A stretch of 64,000 nt of DNA from Acidimicrobiia bacterium (lineage in GTDB: Bacteria; Actinomycetota; Acidimicrobiia; Spongiisociales; ZC4RG35), in the NCBI GenBank assembly GCA_965215185.1, contig OZ244034.1, forward strand, positions 2,208,001-2,272,000, written 5' to 3'. A program made the position numbers and the translations under genes. The notes under the pieces were generated by a model that had not been told where the DNA came from, searched no databases, and saw only the letters and a program-made list of their open reading frames with translations. Position 1 is the stretch's first letter, and each line of letters begins with the position of its first letter. Positions 50,360 through 59,411 of the stretch are shown in pieces.

Positions 50360-52168
50360 ATGAGTGTCTATCAGCCACCCCTCCGTGACATCGACTTTGT
50401 CTTGGAGCATATCGTCGATTTGGAGTCATTCTCCAAGCTCAACGGATATCAACATGCCGATCCGGCCACCGTGAGCTACCTCCTGGAAGAAGCCGGACGC
50501 TTTTTCTCCGAGGTGGTGGCGCCCCTCAATCCGGTTGGTGACGCCGAGGGCTCGATTCTCACCGAGGACGGAACTGTCAGGACACCCAGCGGGTTCTCCG
50601 AGGCGTATCGGCAGTTGGTCGACGCCGGATGGCAGGGCATCTCGCTTGCCGCCGAGTGGGGAGGCGGTGGAATGCCCCTGGCGGTGGGATTTGCGGTTGA
50701 TGAGTTGATGATCTCCTCTAGTCTTGCTTTCTCACTGTGTTCCACTCTCACCGCCGGGACCGTGCACCTGCTGAGCATGCACGGATCCGAGGAGCAGAAG
50801 AGTCAGTACCTGGAAAAATTGATCTCCGGCGAGTGGTCGGGAACCATGAACCTCACCGAGCCCCATGCAGGGTCTGATGTCGGAGCTCTCACTTCCAAGG
50901 CCATCCCACAGCCTGATGGAACCTATCGGATCAGTGGGACCAAGATTTTCATCACCTGGGGTGATCATGACATGGCGGGCAACATCGTTCATACCGTCTT
51001 GGCGCGCATCCCGGGCGCTCCCCCGGGAACCAAGGGCATTTCTCTTTTCGTAGTTCCCAAGCGGATTGTGGGACCTGACGGAGAGCCGGGAGAACTCAAC
51101 GACATCCGCACTGTCTCACTGGAACACAAGCTGGGTATCCACGGCAGCCCCACCTGCATGCTCTCTTATGGGGAAAACGACGGTGCGGTTGGATATTTAG
51201 TGGGGCCCGAACATGGAGGAATGGCCCGTATGTTCACCATGATGAACGCCGCCCGCATTGCGGTGGGACAAGGTGGACTGGCGGTTGCCGAGCGCGCCTA
51301 CCAGAAAGCTTTGGAATTCTCCTGGCAGCGCCGCCAGGGAAGAGCGGTTGGCGCCCCGCCGGGAGAGCAGTCTCTGATCGTTGAGCACCCCGACATTCGC
51401 CGGATGCTGGCCACCATGAGGGCGCAGATCGAAGCGATGAGAGCCCTTCTCTTCTACTGCGTAGCGGCGGCCGACCGCGCTCACCACGCGGAGAGCGAGC
51501 AGGAACGGACCCAAAACGACGAATTGGTGGCGTTGCTCACCCCCATCGCCAAGGCATGGTCCAGTGATCTGGGGGTGGAGATCGCCTCACAGGGCATTCA
51601 GATTCACGGTGGTATGGGATTCGTGGAGGAGACCGGCGCTGCTCAGTTCTTCCGGGATTCCCGAATCAGCCCCATCTATGAGGGAACCAACGGCATTCAG
51701 GCCATTGACCTGGTGATGAGAAAGCTCCCCCTCCGGTCGGGAGCGGTGGTCAAAGAACTCCTGGGTAAGGTGATGGCCACTGCCGCGGAAGCGTCCTCGG
51801 TGGAAGAATTGCGGTCAGCCGGAGAAGAGTTGCAGCGATCGGCGCACAGTCTCGGTCGCTCCAGTATGGCCCTTGGGTCACTGCTGGCCAGGGACTCCTA
51901 TCGCGACGCCCTGGCCGGCGCTTATCCGTACCTGACCATGTTCGGGACAGTGATAGGAGGGTGGCTGATGGTTCGATCGGCCCAGGCCGCCCTACGACGT
52001 ATCGGAACCGCCGGGGCAGACGATGACTGGCTACGCCAAAAGATCACCACCGCCCGCTTTTACTGCCAGCAGATTCTGCCGCAGGCTTCGTCTTTAGAGA
52101 CCGCCGCATCGGCCGGGTCCGATCTGCTTTATGAGCTGGATTTCAGGCCACAAGTGGCTGCCAGTTGA
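50360..52168 (+). CDS. Acyl-CoA dehydrogenase (long DmdC-like subfamily)
   Basis: GTMNLTEPHAGSD, GTKIFIT, EHKLGIHGSPT, MFTMMN, QIHGGMG and IYEGTNGIQ. Confidence 0.9.
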   Translation: MSVYQPPLRDIDFVLEHIVDLESFSKLNGYQHADPATVSYLLEEAGRFFSEVVAPLNPVGDAEGSILTEDGTVRTPSGFSEAYRQLVDAGWQGISLAAEWGGGGMPLAVGFAVDELMISSSLAFSLCSTLTAGTVHLLSMHGSEEQKSQYLEKLISGEWSGTMNLTEPHAGSDVGALTSKAIPQPDGTYRISGTKIFITWGDHDMAGNIVHTVLARIPGAPPGTKGISLFVVPKRIVGPDGEPGELNDIRTVSLEHKLGIHGSPTCMLSYGENDGAVGYLVGPEHGGMARMFTMMNAARIAVGQGGLAVAERAYQKALEFSWQRRQGRAVGAPPGEQSLIVEHPDIRRMLATMRAQIEAMRALLFYCVAAADRAHHAESEQERTQNDELVALLTPIAKAWSSDLGVEIASQGIQIHGGMGFVEETGAAQFFRDSRISPIYEGTNGIQAIDLVMRKLPLRSGAVVKELLGKVMATAAEASSVEELRSAGEELQRSAHSLGRSSMALGSLLARDSYRDALAGAYPYLTMFGTVIGGWLMVRSAQAALRRIGTAGADDDWLRQKITTARFYCQQILPQASSLETAASAGSDLLYELDFRPQVAAS

Positions 52169-52190
52169 CGGCTTGATGGATAGACAAGCC

Positions 52191-52571
52191 ATGCGACCGG
52201 TTCACTTCGAATGTCAAAGTCCTGACCCGGCATCCAGCCGGGAGTTCTTTTCAAGGGTCTTGGGCTGGCAATTCCAACAGTGGAATGACTTTCCCTATTG
52301 GCTGGCCACCACCGGCCCCGATGAGCAACCCGGAATCCACGGAGCCCTGATGCCCTCGCCCGACGGAGAGCCCCGAACCGTGATCACCGTGGATGTGCCA
52401 GACGTAGCCGACGCCCTGGAAAGGGTCTCCGAAGCCGGCGGGGAGATGGTGTTGCCCATCCAAGACATACCCGAGGTGGGAAAGGTCGCCTATTCCCGCG
52501 ACCCCCAGGGAATTGTCTTCGGTCTCTTTCAAACCGCCGACTCCACCCATAGCGAGGAAGTGACATCGTGA
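52191..52571 (+). CDS. VOC/glyoxalase family protein
   Basis: PVHFE...DP....FF..VLGW and DPQGIVFGL. Confidence 0.85.
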   Translation: MRPVHFECQSPDPASSREFFSRVLGWQFQQWNDFPYWLATTGPDEQPGIHGALMPSPDGEPRTVITVDVPDVADALERVSEAGGEMVLPIQDIPEVGKVAYSRDPQGIVFGLFQTADSTHSEEVTS

Positions 52572-52596
52572 CGCATCTTCCCGACCCAGGAAACCT

Positions 52597-53766
52597 ATGA
52601 AAAGGCGAAGAGTTGCCGTGACCGGCCTGGGGGTGGTCGCCGGTCCGGGCTTGGGGGTGGAGGCCTTTTGGGAAGGCTTGACCAAGGATCCCGGGAAGGG
52701 GCCCTTCACCATCGACAACTGGGATCCCTCGGCATGGATACCTCGCCGCGAGGCCCGACGGCTGGACCTGTTTTCCCAATACGCGCGGGTAGCCGCCCAC
52801 GAAGCGCTGGAGATGGCGGGAGACCATGGGACCGACCCCTCGCGGTCGGGAGCTTGCGTGGGGACCGGAATCGGAGGGATGCAATCGTTCGAGGATTTGG
52901 TGAACGCGGTCTACCACAGTGAAAAGCCGCGTCCCTCGCCGCTGTCCATTCCCATGATGATGGGCAACGCCGCCGCCGCCGCCATTTCCATCACCTTCGG
53001 GTTTCTGGGGCCGGCCACCACCCAAACCCTGGCCTGCGCGGCGGGCGCCCAGGCGATCTGCGATGCTCTGCGCCAAGTGCAATGGGGTTATACCGACCTG
53101 ATGGTGGCGGGCGGATCCGAAGCAGCCGTTCGTCCGGCTACCATCGCCGGTTTCCGAGTCGCCCGTGCCCTCTCCCCAACCGACGAATCCCGACCCTTCG
53201 ACGCCAACCGCAACGGATTCGTGGTGGGGGAAGGCGCCGCCATGATGGTTCTGGAGGAGTGGGAGCAAGCTCGAAGGCGAGGCGCCCACATCCTGGCCGA
53301 ATTGCTGGGAGGGGGAACCAGTTCCGACGCACACCACATCACCGCTCCCCACCCCGAGGGGGACGGAGCCCGCCGAGCGATCCTGTGGGCTTTGGAGGAC
53401 GCTGGAGCCACTCCCGATCAGGTGGGCTACATCAACGCCCATGGCACCGCCACTCCGCTCAACGATGTGGGCGAGGGGCGAGTTGTCTCCGCCATCTGGG
53501 GTGACGACCAACCGTTGGTCTCCTCTATCAAGGGAACTACCGGCCACGCCTTGGGCGCCAGCGGAGGGATCGAGGCAGTGGCGTCGGTGCTGGCCATCAA
53601 TCGAAAGCAAGTCCCCCCCAACATCGGCCTGCGGGAACCCGATCCCCAGATACCCCTGCGGCGAATCGTGACGGAGCGGCAGAGTTGGGAGCCAGGTTTG
53701 GCAGTCTCCAATTCTTTCGGTTTCGGGGGCCACAACACGGTGTTGGTGTTCGGTCCGGGATCCTGA
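52597..53766 (+). CDS. fabF: Beta-ketoacyl-ACP synthase II family
   Basis: RVAVTGLG, ACAAG, RPFD..RNGFV.GEG, INAHGT, GHALGA and SNSFGFGG. Confidence 0.9.
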   Translation: MKRRRVAVTGLGVVAGPGLGVEAFWEGLTKDPGKGPFTIDNWDPSAWIPRREARRLDLFSQYARVAAHEALEMAGDHGTDPSRSGACVGTGIGGMQSFEDLVNAVYHSEKPRPSPLSIPMMMGNAAAAAISITFGFLGPATTQTLACAAGAQAICDALRQVQWGYTDLMVAGGSEAAVRPATIAGFRVARALSPTDESRPFDANRNGFVVGEGAAMMVLEEWEQARRRGAHILAELLGGGTSSDAHHITAPHPEGDGARRAILWALEDAGATPDQVGYINAHGTATPLNDVGEGRVVSAIWGDDQPLVSSIKGTTGHALGASGGIEAVASVLAINRKQVPPNIGLREPDPQIPLRRIVTERQSWEPGLAVSNSFGFGGHNTVLVFGPGS

Positions 53767-53788
53767 AAGCCCGGCCGGGAGACGGCCA

Positions 53789-54253
53789 TTGTTTTTCATC
53801 GTCCTCTACCAACCCGAGATTCCCCCCAACACCGGCGCCATCATGCGGCTGGCCGCTAACACCGGCTGCCGGCTCCATCTGATCGAGCCACTGGGTTTCG
53901 AAATGTCCGATGCCCGGTTACGGCGAGCAGGCATGGACTATCGGGATAAGGCGGTGACAAAGGTTCACGAAAGCGTGTCAGACTGGTTGGAAGCCACCCG
54001 ACCGCCTCGGGTGATCGCCTTTTCACCCCATGGCAGCCGGTGGCATTCCGACTTGGACTATCAATCGGGCGACGCCCTGCTGTTCGGTCCCGAATCGGTG
54101 GGCCTACCACCCGAAGTGCTATCGGCCCCCTGGGTGGATCACACAGTCCGCATCCCTATGCTGCCCGACGTGCGAAGCCTAAACCTGGCCAACTCAGCAG
54201 CCATCGCCGTCTACGAAGCCTGGCGTCAACAGCACCATCGAGGAGCAATCTGA
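53789..54253 (+). CDS. trmL: tRNA (cytidine/uridine(34)-2'-O)-methyltransferase
   Basis: PEIPPNTG, LRRAGMDY, FGPESVGLP and RSLNLANS. Confidence 0.93.
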   Translation: MFFIVLYQPEIPPNTGAIMRLAANTGCRLHLIEPLGFEMSDARLRRAGMDYRDKAVTKVHESVSDWLEATRPPRVIAFSPHGSRWHSDLDYQSGDALLFGPESVGLPPEVLSAPWVDHTVRIPMLPDVRSLNLANSAAIAVYEAWRQQHHRGAI

Positions 54254-54299
54254 TCCCCACCACCAACTGAAGTCGGCAAAAGCGGGACTGTGTCGCGAA

Positions 54300-54890
54300 A
54301 GTCGGGGTGGGTTTGTTTCCTGTTGGGTTCCCTCCCCCGCCGCCTCCTTGCCGTTGTTTTCGCGAATTGTCCAGGTTTGGGTGGGGCTGGTGTTTCGCGG
54401 TTTGGGTTGTTCCGGTCCGAGTTGAGCTCGGGTTTTCGGGTCCGGTGGGTGTTTGGTAGCTGTTGATTAGTGTGGGTTGGTAGGAGGGTGAGGTTCCCCA
54501 CGCCCGTGCGCAACGCTCTTGGAGTTGCTGCTCCAACCTCGACACACCATCATCACCCGAACGATCCCGCTCACGCTTACGCGCAGCACCAGCGAACACA
54601 TCAACCGGCTGCCTTTTGGCCAGGTCCACCAACTCTTCCTCGTCTATGTTCACCCACTCAGCAGCCTTGGCGATGATCCGCGCGTGGTCATAAGAAACCT
54701 CACCCTTCCCGACAGCTCCCGCAACGCCCTTTCGGATTCGGCCTCGGCCTTCACCTCACTGGCGGTGCGCATCAACTCTTCCAAACCCGCCAACGAAGCC
54801 CCCACCACCGGCGCCGACGGCAACACCACCCGCATCCGATAGCCACACAAGCCATCACGGAGGAACCCTGCTTGGACTGTTCACTTCCCG
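54300..54890 (-). pseudogene. Internally deleted DUF222/HNH (13E12-like) repeat-gene remnant
   Basis: Broken frames containing EEELVDLAKRQPVDVFA...RERDRSGDDGVSRLEQQ, a Pro/Thr-rich tail and a strand-skew switch. Boundaries approximate. Confidence 0.45.
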
Positions 54891-54897
54891 TACACCC

Positions 54898-54919
54898 AAC
54901 ATACAACAGGCCTGTGATA
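54898..54919 (-). promoter_or_regulatory. Possible PafBC/RecA-NDp-like promoter
   Basis: Minus strand TATCAC-N10-TATGTT, similar spacing to the TGTC..-N10-TAnnnT motif. Confidence 0.3.
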
Positions 54920-54992
54920 AACCTGTCGCTAACTAATGCTATATGGTATCAAAACCCTACATCACACTGGATAGGGGTGACAATTCGGTGAT

Positions 54993-56525
54993 CTACATCG
55001 GGAATTCTCGGTCGATCTCCTCCTGCGTCCAATACCCCTCGATGGGACGGGAGCCGTCTTCTCTTCCATAGTGCCCCAACCGCACGCTGTCCCACTGGTC
55101 AAATATTTCGACCGCGTCGAAAACGCTCCTGGGACCGACCGCCTTGAGAACCTTCCAGCCCTCGCTGCCCAGCTTGGGAAGATTGGAAGTCAGGATCAAC
55201 AGTTGTGGCTCCAACTGGGCCACACGGAGAACGTGTGCCCTACCCAGCGCCTTCCACAGCGTGTCGGTGCGTTGCAGGCCCGGCCTGACGGTGGTGAAAG
55301 CCCCTGACACATCCACATACCACTGCTGGCCTCGCCGATTGGCAACCAGAAATTTGTACTGAATACCCACCATGGCAATCTTCGGGTTGGTTGTGATGAT
55401 CCTAAAACCCGCATTCTCCAAAGCCGCCCGCGCCAAATCCTGCACCTTCTTGCCCTCTCGCACCGCCCGAGCCTGAAAATCCTCGCTGGAAGCGCGAATC
55501 CGGGAGGCATTGCCCGACCGTGGGGTTCCCTTGACTGTCCCATACTGGTCAGGCTCCTGGTCCAACAGTGTTGGCCGCCGTTGGGCCCGCTCCAGCCTGG
55601 CGCGGGCCATGTCCACGTATTCGGACTTAATATCGTATCCGACCCCTCGCCGCCAAGCCTTGTGAGCAGCCACCAAGGTCGTTCCCGATCCCATGAAGGG
55701 GTCCAACACCAAGTCATCCTCATAGGTGTAGAGATCAATGAGTCGCAAAGGCAGTTCCACAGGGAATGGAGCGGGGTGGGAAACGCGACGGGCGCTCTCC
55801 GCGGGAATCTCCCACACATCGAGGGTGGCTTCCACAAACTCGTCGTTGGGAAGCGAGGCAACACTGGGAAGGCCTGCCTTCTGGCGGGCGGAACGAGTCT
55901 TGGCCCGGTCGAACCGGCCCTTGCTGGCCACGATGATCCTCTCGGTGGTGTCACGAAGCACCGGATTGGATGGCTGCCGAAAAGAACCCCAGGCGACCAC
56001 CCCTCCCATCGCCTTGGACTTTCGCCAGATGATCTCCCCCCGCATGAGCAGACCCAGGTCCTCGAATATCTTGATGACATCGGCCGAGAGGCTGCGGTAG
56101 GGCTTGCGGCCCAGATTGGCCACATTGACAGCAATCCGCCCTCCCGGTTCCAGCACCCGGATGCATTCATAGAAAGAGTCATACAGCAGTTGGAGGTATT
56201 CCCGATAAGTCCTCGGCAACCCGGCGACCACCGAGTTGGGCTGCGCCGCCTGAAGAATCTCGTTCTCATATGTTTTCCCCACGAAGTAAGGAGGTGAGGT
56301 AACCACCAGGGCGACAGACCGATCAGGAATCTGCTGCATCCTCCGCGCATCGCCCAGAATCGGTCCTTCGGTTTCCGGACGAGAGCCGATCCGATCGTCC
56401 TTATCGATAACAGGCGGGTTAAAACGCGCGTAGAAAGCCGACGAATCGTGGCTTTCTCTACGGCCTGCACCAAAAGCAGAGGTGCTGGTGGGGCGTCGTC
56501 GAGGTCGGGTATCTCGATCTGCCAT
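54993..56525 (-). CDS. Site-specific DNA methyltransferase (beta class, SPPY; likely N4-cytosine) with C-terminal nuclease-like domain
   Basis: VVTSPPY precedes HPAPFP and VLDPFMGSGTT. There is an extra ~170-aa C-terminal domain. Confidence 0.85.
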   Translation of the reverse strand: MADRDTRPRRRPTSTSAFGAGRRESHDSSAFYARFNPPVIDKDDRIGSRPETEGPILGDARRMQQIPDRSVALVVTSPPYFVGKTYENEILQAAQPNSVVAGLPRTYREYLQLLYDSFYECIRVLEPGGRIAVNVANLGRKPYRSLSADVIKIFEDLGLLMRGEIIWRKSKAMGGVVAWGSFRQPSNPVLRDTTERIIVASKGRFDRAKTRSARQKAGLPSVASLPNDEFVEATLDVWEIPAESARRVSHPAPFPVELPLRLIDLYTYEDDLVLDPFMGSGTTLVAAHKAWRRGVGYDIKSEYVDMARARLERAQRRPTLLDQEPDQYGTVKGTPRSGNASRIRASSEDFQARAVREGKKVQDLARAALENAGFRIITTNPKIAMVGIQYKFLVANRRGQQWYVDVSGAFTTVRPGLQRTDTLWKALGRAHVLRVAQLEPQLLILTSNLPKLGSEGWKVLKAVGPRSVFDAVEIFDQWDSVRLGHYGREDGSRPIEGYWTQEEIDREFPM

Positions 56526-56704
56526 ATCCCAAATCCTAAGAGACAGCCTCGCCCAGCCGAGGGAACCTCTTATCGGTGTCCCCTTTGCCATACGATAAGA
56601 TCCTTCTCTCCCGAATCCAGTAAGTTTCGGATTGTCCCGGAAAAGGGGAAATTCTGCGAACAGGACTGGACCACATTAGAAGGCAATCGGCCTGGCTGGC
56701 GATC

Positions 56705-57991
56705 ATGTTGGTGGTTGCAGCCTGCTCGTCCCCATCGGACCAGATCTCCACCATTGCAACACCGCCAAGTGAAGACCTCCCGAGGCCATCCTCCGCCGCC
56801 ACTGCTCCTGCAACCACCCAGGCGGTGGCCACCGACAAACCGTCTACGGAACGACCCAACAACACCTCATCCAGGGACGCTGCCGAAGAAACTACCAATT
56901 CATCTGCCTCCACTTCCTCAGCCACCGCCACTCTTGCAACCGAGCCAGACCAGGTTCTGTCGACCACCATCATCCAGGCAGAGCCTCCCAAGACTCTGCG
57001 ATTCGTCGAAGTCGCCAAAGGAGCGCGAAACCCGATCTTCCTCACCGCTTCCCCAGGCGCCGGTCATTCCTATCTGGCTGAACAGGGGGGACGAATCCAC
57101 TACATGACCAACGACCAGCTAGCCGACCGCCCGGTCTTGGACATCACCGGAAAGGTGACCTTCCGTGGAGAGCAGGGTCTACTGGGCATAGCGCTCCACC
57201 CGCTCCAGCCCACCCGTCTGTTCGTCCACTACAGCGATCGGATCGGCCACACCGTGGTCTCCGAGTTCTCTTTGTCCAATAACGGGAAGATAGCCGACCC
57301 CGACTCGGAGACGATCATCTTCACCGCCACCCAACCAGCCACCAACCACAACGGCGGAATGATCCAGTTCGGACCCGACGGCTACCTATATCTGGGGCTG
57401 GGCGACGGCGGCCGAGGCGGTGACTACTACGGCCATGGCCAACGCCCCGACACACCTTTGGCGGCCTTGGTCCGTATAGACCCCGATCAAGCAACTTCGC
57501 AGGTGTGGTGGTACGGCCTCCGCAATCCCTGGCGGTTCTGGATAGACGAGCCGACCGGCTTGACCTACATAGCCGATGTCGGCCAGGACGCCTATGAAGA
57601 GATAGATGTAGCACCGCTGTCCGAGCAAAGCCTCAACTTCGGATGGCCCATCACCGAGGGCCTGCATTGCTACAACCCAGCCAAGGGCTGCGACACCACC
57701 GAGCTCACAATGCCGGTGTTGGAGATCGCCCACCACGACTCCGGAACCTGCTCGATAACCGGCGGAGTCGTCTACCGAGGACCGCTCATGCCCGGCCTCT
57801 GGGGCCACTATTTCTACTCCGACTACTGCGGCAGCTACCTCCGCAGCTTCCACTGGAACGGTACTCTGGCCACCGACCTGCAGGAATGGGCCCCCGACCT
57901 GGGCGCCGTGGTCTCTTTCGGAACCGACGGCTTCGCAGAGATGTACGTCCTTACCACCGACAGAGTTTACCGTATCGAGCCCGGGTCTTGA
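56705..57991 (+). CDS. PQQ-dependent (glucose/sorbosone) sugar dehydrogenase lipoprotein
   Basis: AAC lipobox, Thr-rich linker, GEQGLLG, NHNGG..FGPDGYLY..GDGG, GLRNPWR and DVGQ. Confidence 0.88.
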   Translation: MLVVAACSSPSDQISTIATPPSEDLPRPSSAATAPATTQAVATDKPSTERPNNTSSRDAAEETTNSSASTSSATATLATEPDQVLSTTIIQAEPPKTLRFVEVAKGARNPIFLTASPGAGHSYLAEQGGRIHYMTNDQLADRPVLDITGKVTFRGEQGLLGIALHPLQPTRLFVHYSDRIGHTVVSEFSLSNNGKIADPDSETIIFTATQPATNHNGGMIQFGPDGYLYLGLGDGGRGGDYYGHGQRPDTPLAALVRIDPDQATSQVWWYGLRNPWRFWIDEPTGLTYIADVGQDAYEEIDVAPLSEQSLNFGWPITEGLHCYNPAKGCDTTELTMPVLEIAHHDSGTCSITGGVVYRGPLMPGLWGHYFYSDYCGSYLRSFHWNGTLATDLQEWAPDLGAVVSFGTDGFAEMYVLTTDRVYRIEPGS

Positions 57992-58129
57992 GTTCCGCGG
58001 GGGAAGGTGTTTGATCAGGGGCTGGTTTAGCCGCGAGTGGAGCGCCCCGTTGACGGAGCGAACAGAACCCGGTGCGGGGCTACTGCGGCAGTACCTACGC
58101 CCCCACACCCTCTCCATCATCGCTCTCAC

Positions 58130-58530
58130 CGTGCGAGCTTCGATTGCGACAGTGTGCACACGTTGTTTCCACATGGCTTGGTTGGCGAACCGGAAGGCAT
58201 CAAACGCGTCAGCGTCGTTGCACATGAGGTCGATCCCGTCCGCAATGGCGTTGGCGACCTTCTCAGCTTGGGCGATGGCGTCTCGGGCGGTCTGCTCATG
58301 TCCGGCGAGTCGGGCATCAGGGTCGCCGATCTGGGACAGTTGCCCTTTGAGCCATGTCCGATAGCCCTCGGCTAGCGGCAATAGAGCCAGGCGCAGTGGC
58401 TCAGGATCCAGCTCAGCTAGCACCTGCATGTCGGTGACCAACCCGGCGCGTTGTGGCACCAACTCGGGGCGGGGAGCGTCAGTGCGCCACACCTCATGTC
58501 TAGGGAGGACGGCTGTCCCGGTGCGCACGC
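58130..58530 (-). pseudogene. Internal fragment of DISARM-type helicase DrmA
   Basis: LPRHEV...DMQVLA...LLPLAEGY..W...H...A...I..GIDL..D..AFDAFRFANQAMWKQR.H, with no start and no helicase motifs. Confidence 0.6.
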
Positions 58531-58533
58531 CCG

Positions 58534-59212
58534 GTGAGGATCACCAGCGGAGGGTTTGTGGATCATTCCCTGTACCTGCCCCAAGCTGACCGCACTCGTT
58601 TCTTCGACGGCCTGCTGAGATCCGTTGGGTTAGCCAGCAGGACGGAACCCAACACTTACGTCAGGCTCTTCTTGGACATCTTTGTGCTCGGAGCACCTCA
58701 CATGAGCCTTCGCGATATAGAACAGGCCATATACCACCTCGGCATAGTCCTGCATACAATCCCAAGCGATCCTAACCCATTCGAGATACCTCTGGACATC
58801 CTCGCCGCGACCCTGATGGTGTTCCGCATGGTTGCCTCGGACACTTATCAGGCAGTTCACCCGAGGCGAAACCTCCGACTTTGACGCCCTGAACGCCTTG
58901 GGTGCTCTCATCAAGCACGCCGACGACTACTGGTGGCAGAACCCGAATTGCTCCTATTTGAGGGTCTGGATCAAAATGGAAGCCATCTTGATTGGCTGGG
59001 GTAGACACATAAGCGGCTCATGGCAGGCAGATACGCCGCTGCTGCAACACCGCCGCGCGGAGGCAGAAGACTCAGACAACACTTACGCAGCTGCTGTGGT
59101 CAGACAGGCCCAGGCCGTAGTGAGCAACAGTCAGTATTCTCGTGTATTGTCGCTCATAGACATGATCGCCTACGACCCCCCGAGTCAGAAACGAGCCGCT
59201 TTTCCTATGTAG
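58534..59212 (+). pseudogene. C-terminal fragment of KAP-family P-loop NTPase, frameshifted
   Basis: LPQADRTRFF..LL, SLRDIEQAIYHLG and Y.QF.RGE.SD. Frameshift near 58850; N-terminus absent. Confidence 0.5.
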
Positions 59213-59411
59213 TTGCCTGGGCCAGTCCTGTTTGTGGCTCTAGAGCGGCAACACAACCTCCCATTCAGGGATGCTATCCGGGAAAGTACATGCGGAGACC
59301 TTCTCAACACAGTGTTTCGGGTTCTTGATCTCACCATGGGTGACCCCTAACTCCACAACTGGCTTTCGAGTTCGCCTCCCTCGCCCAGGGGTCGGTGTTT
59401 AGCGCCAACTC

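Noticed and set aside
52384-53799. Long antisense or alternate-frame ORFs (also 13452-14645, 55196-56473, 47017-47973)
   Set aside because: Shadow ORFs of high-GC genes that have clear family motifs in another frame.
57386-58128. C-terminal part of the 380-aa DrmA-like ORF
   Set aside because: Read-through into the antisense of the PQQ dehydrogenase gene.
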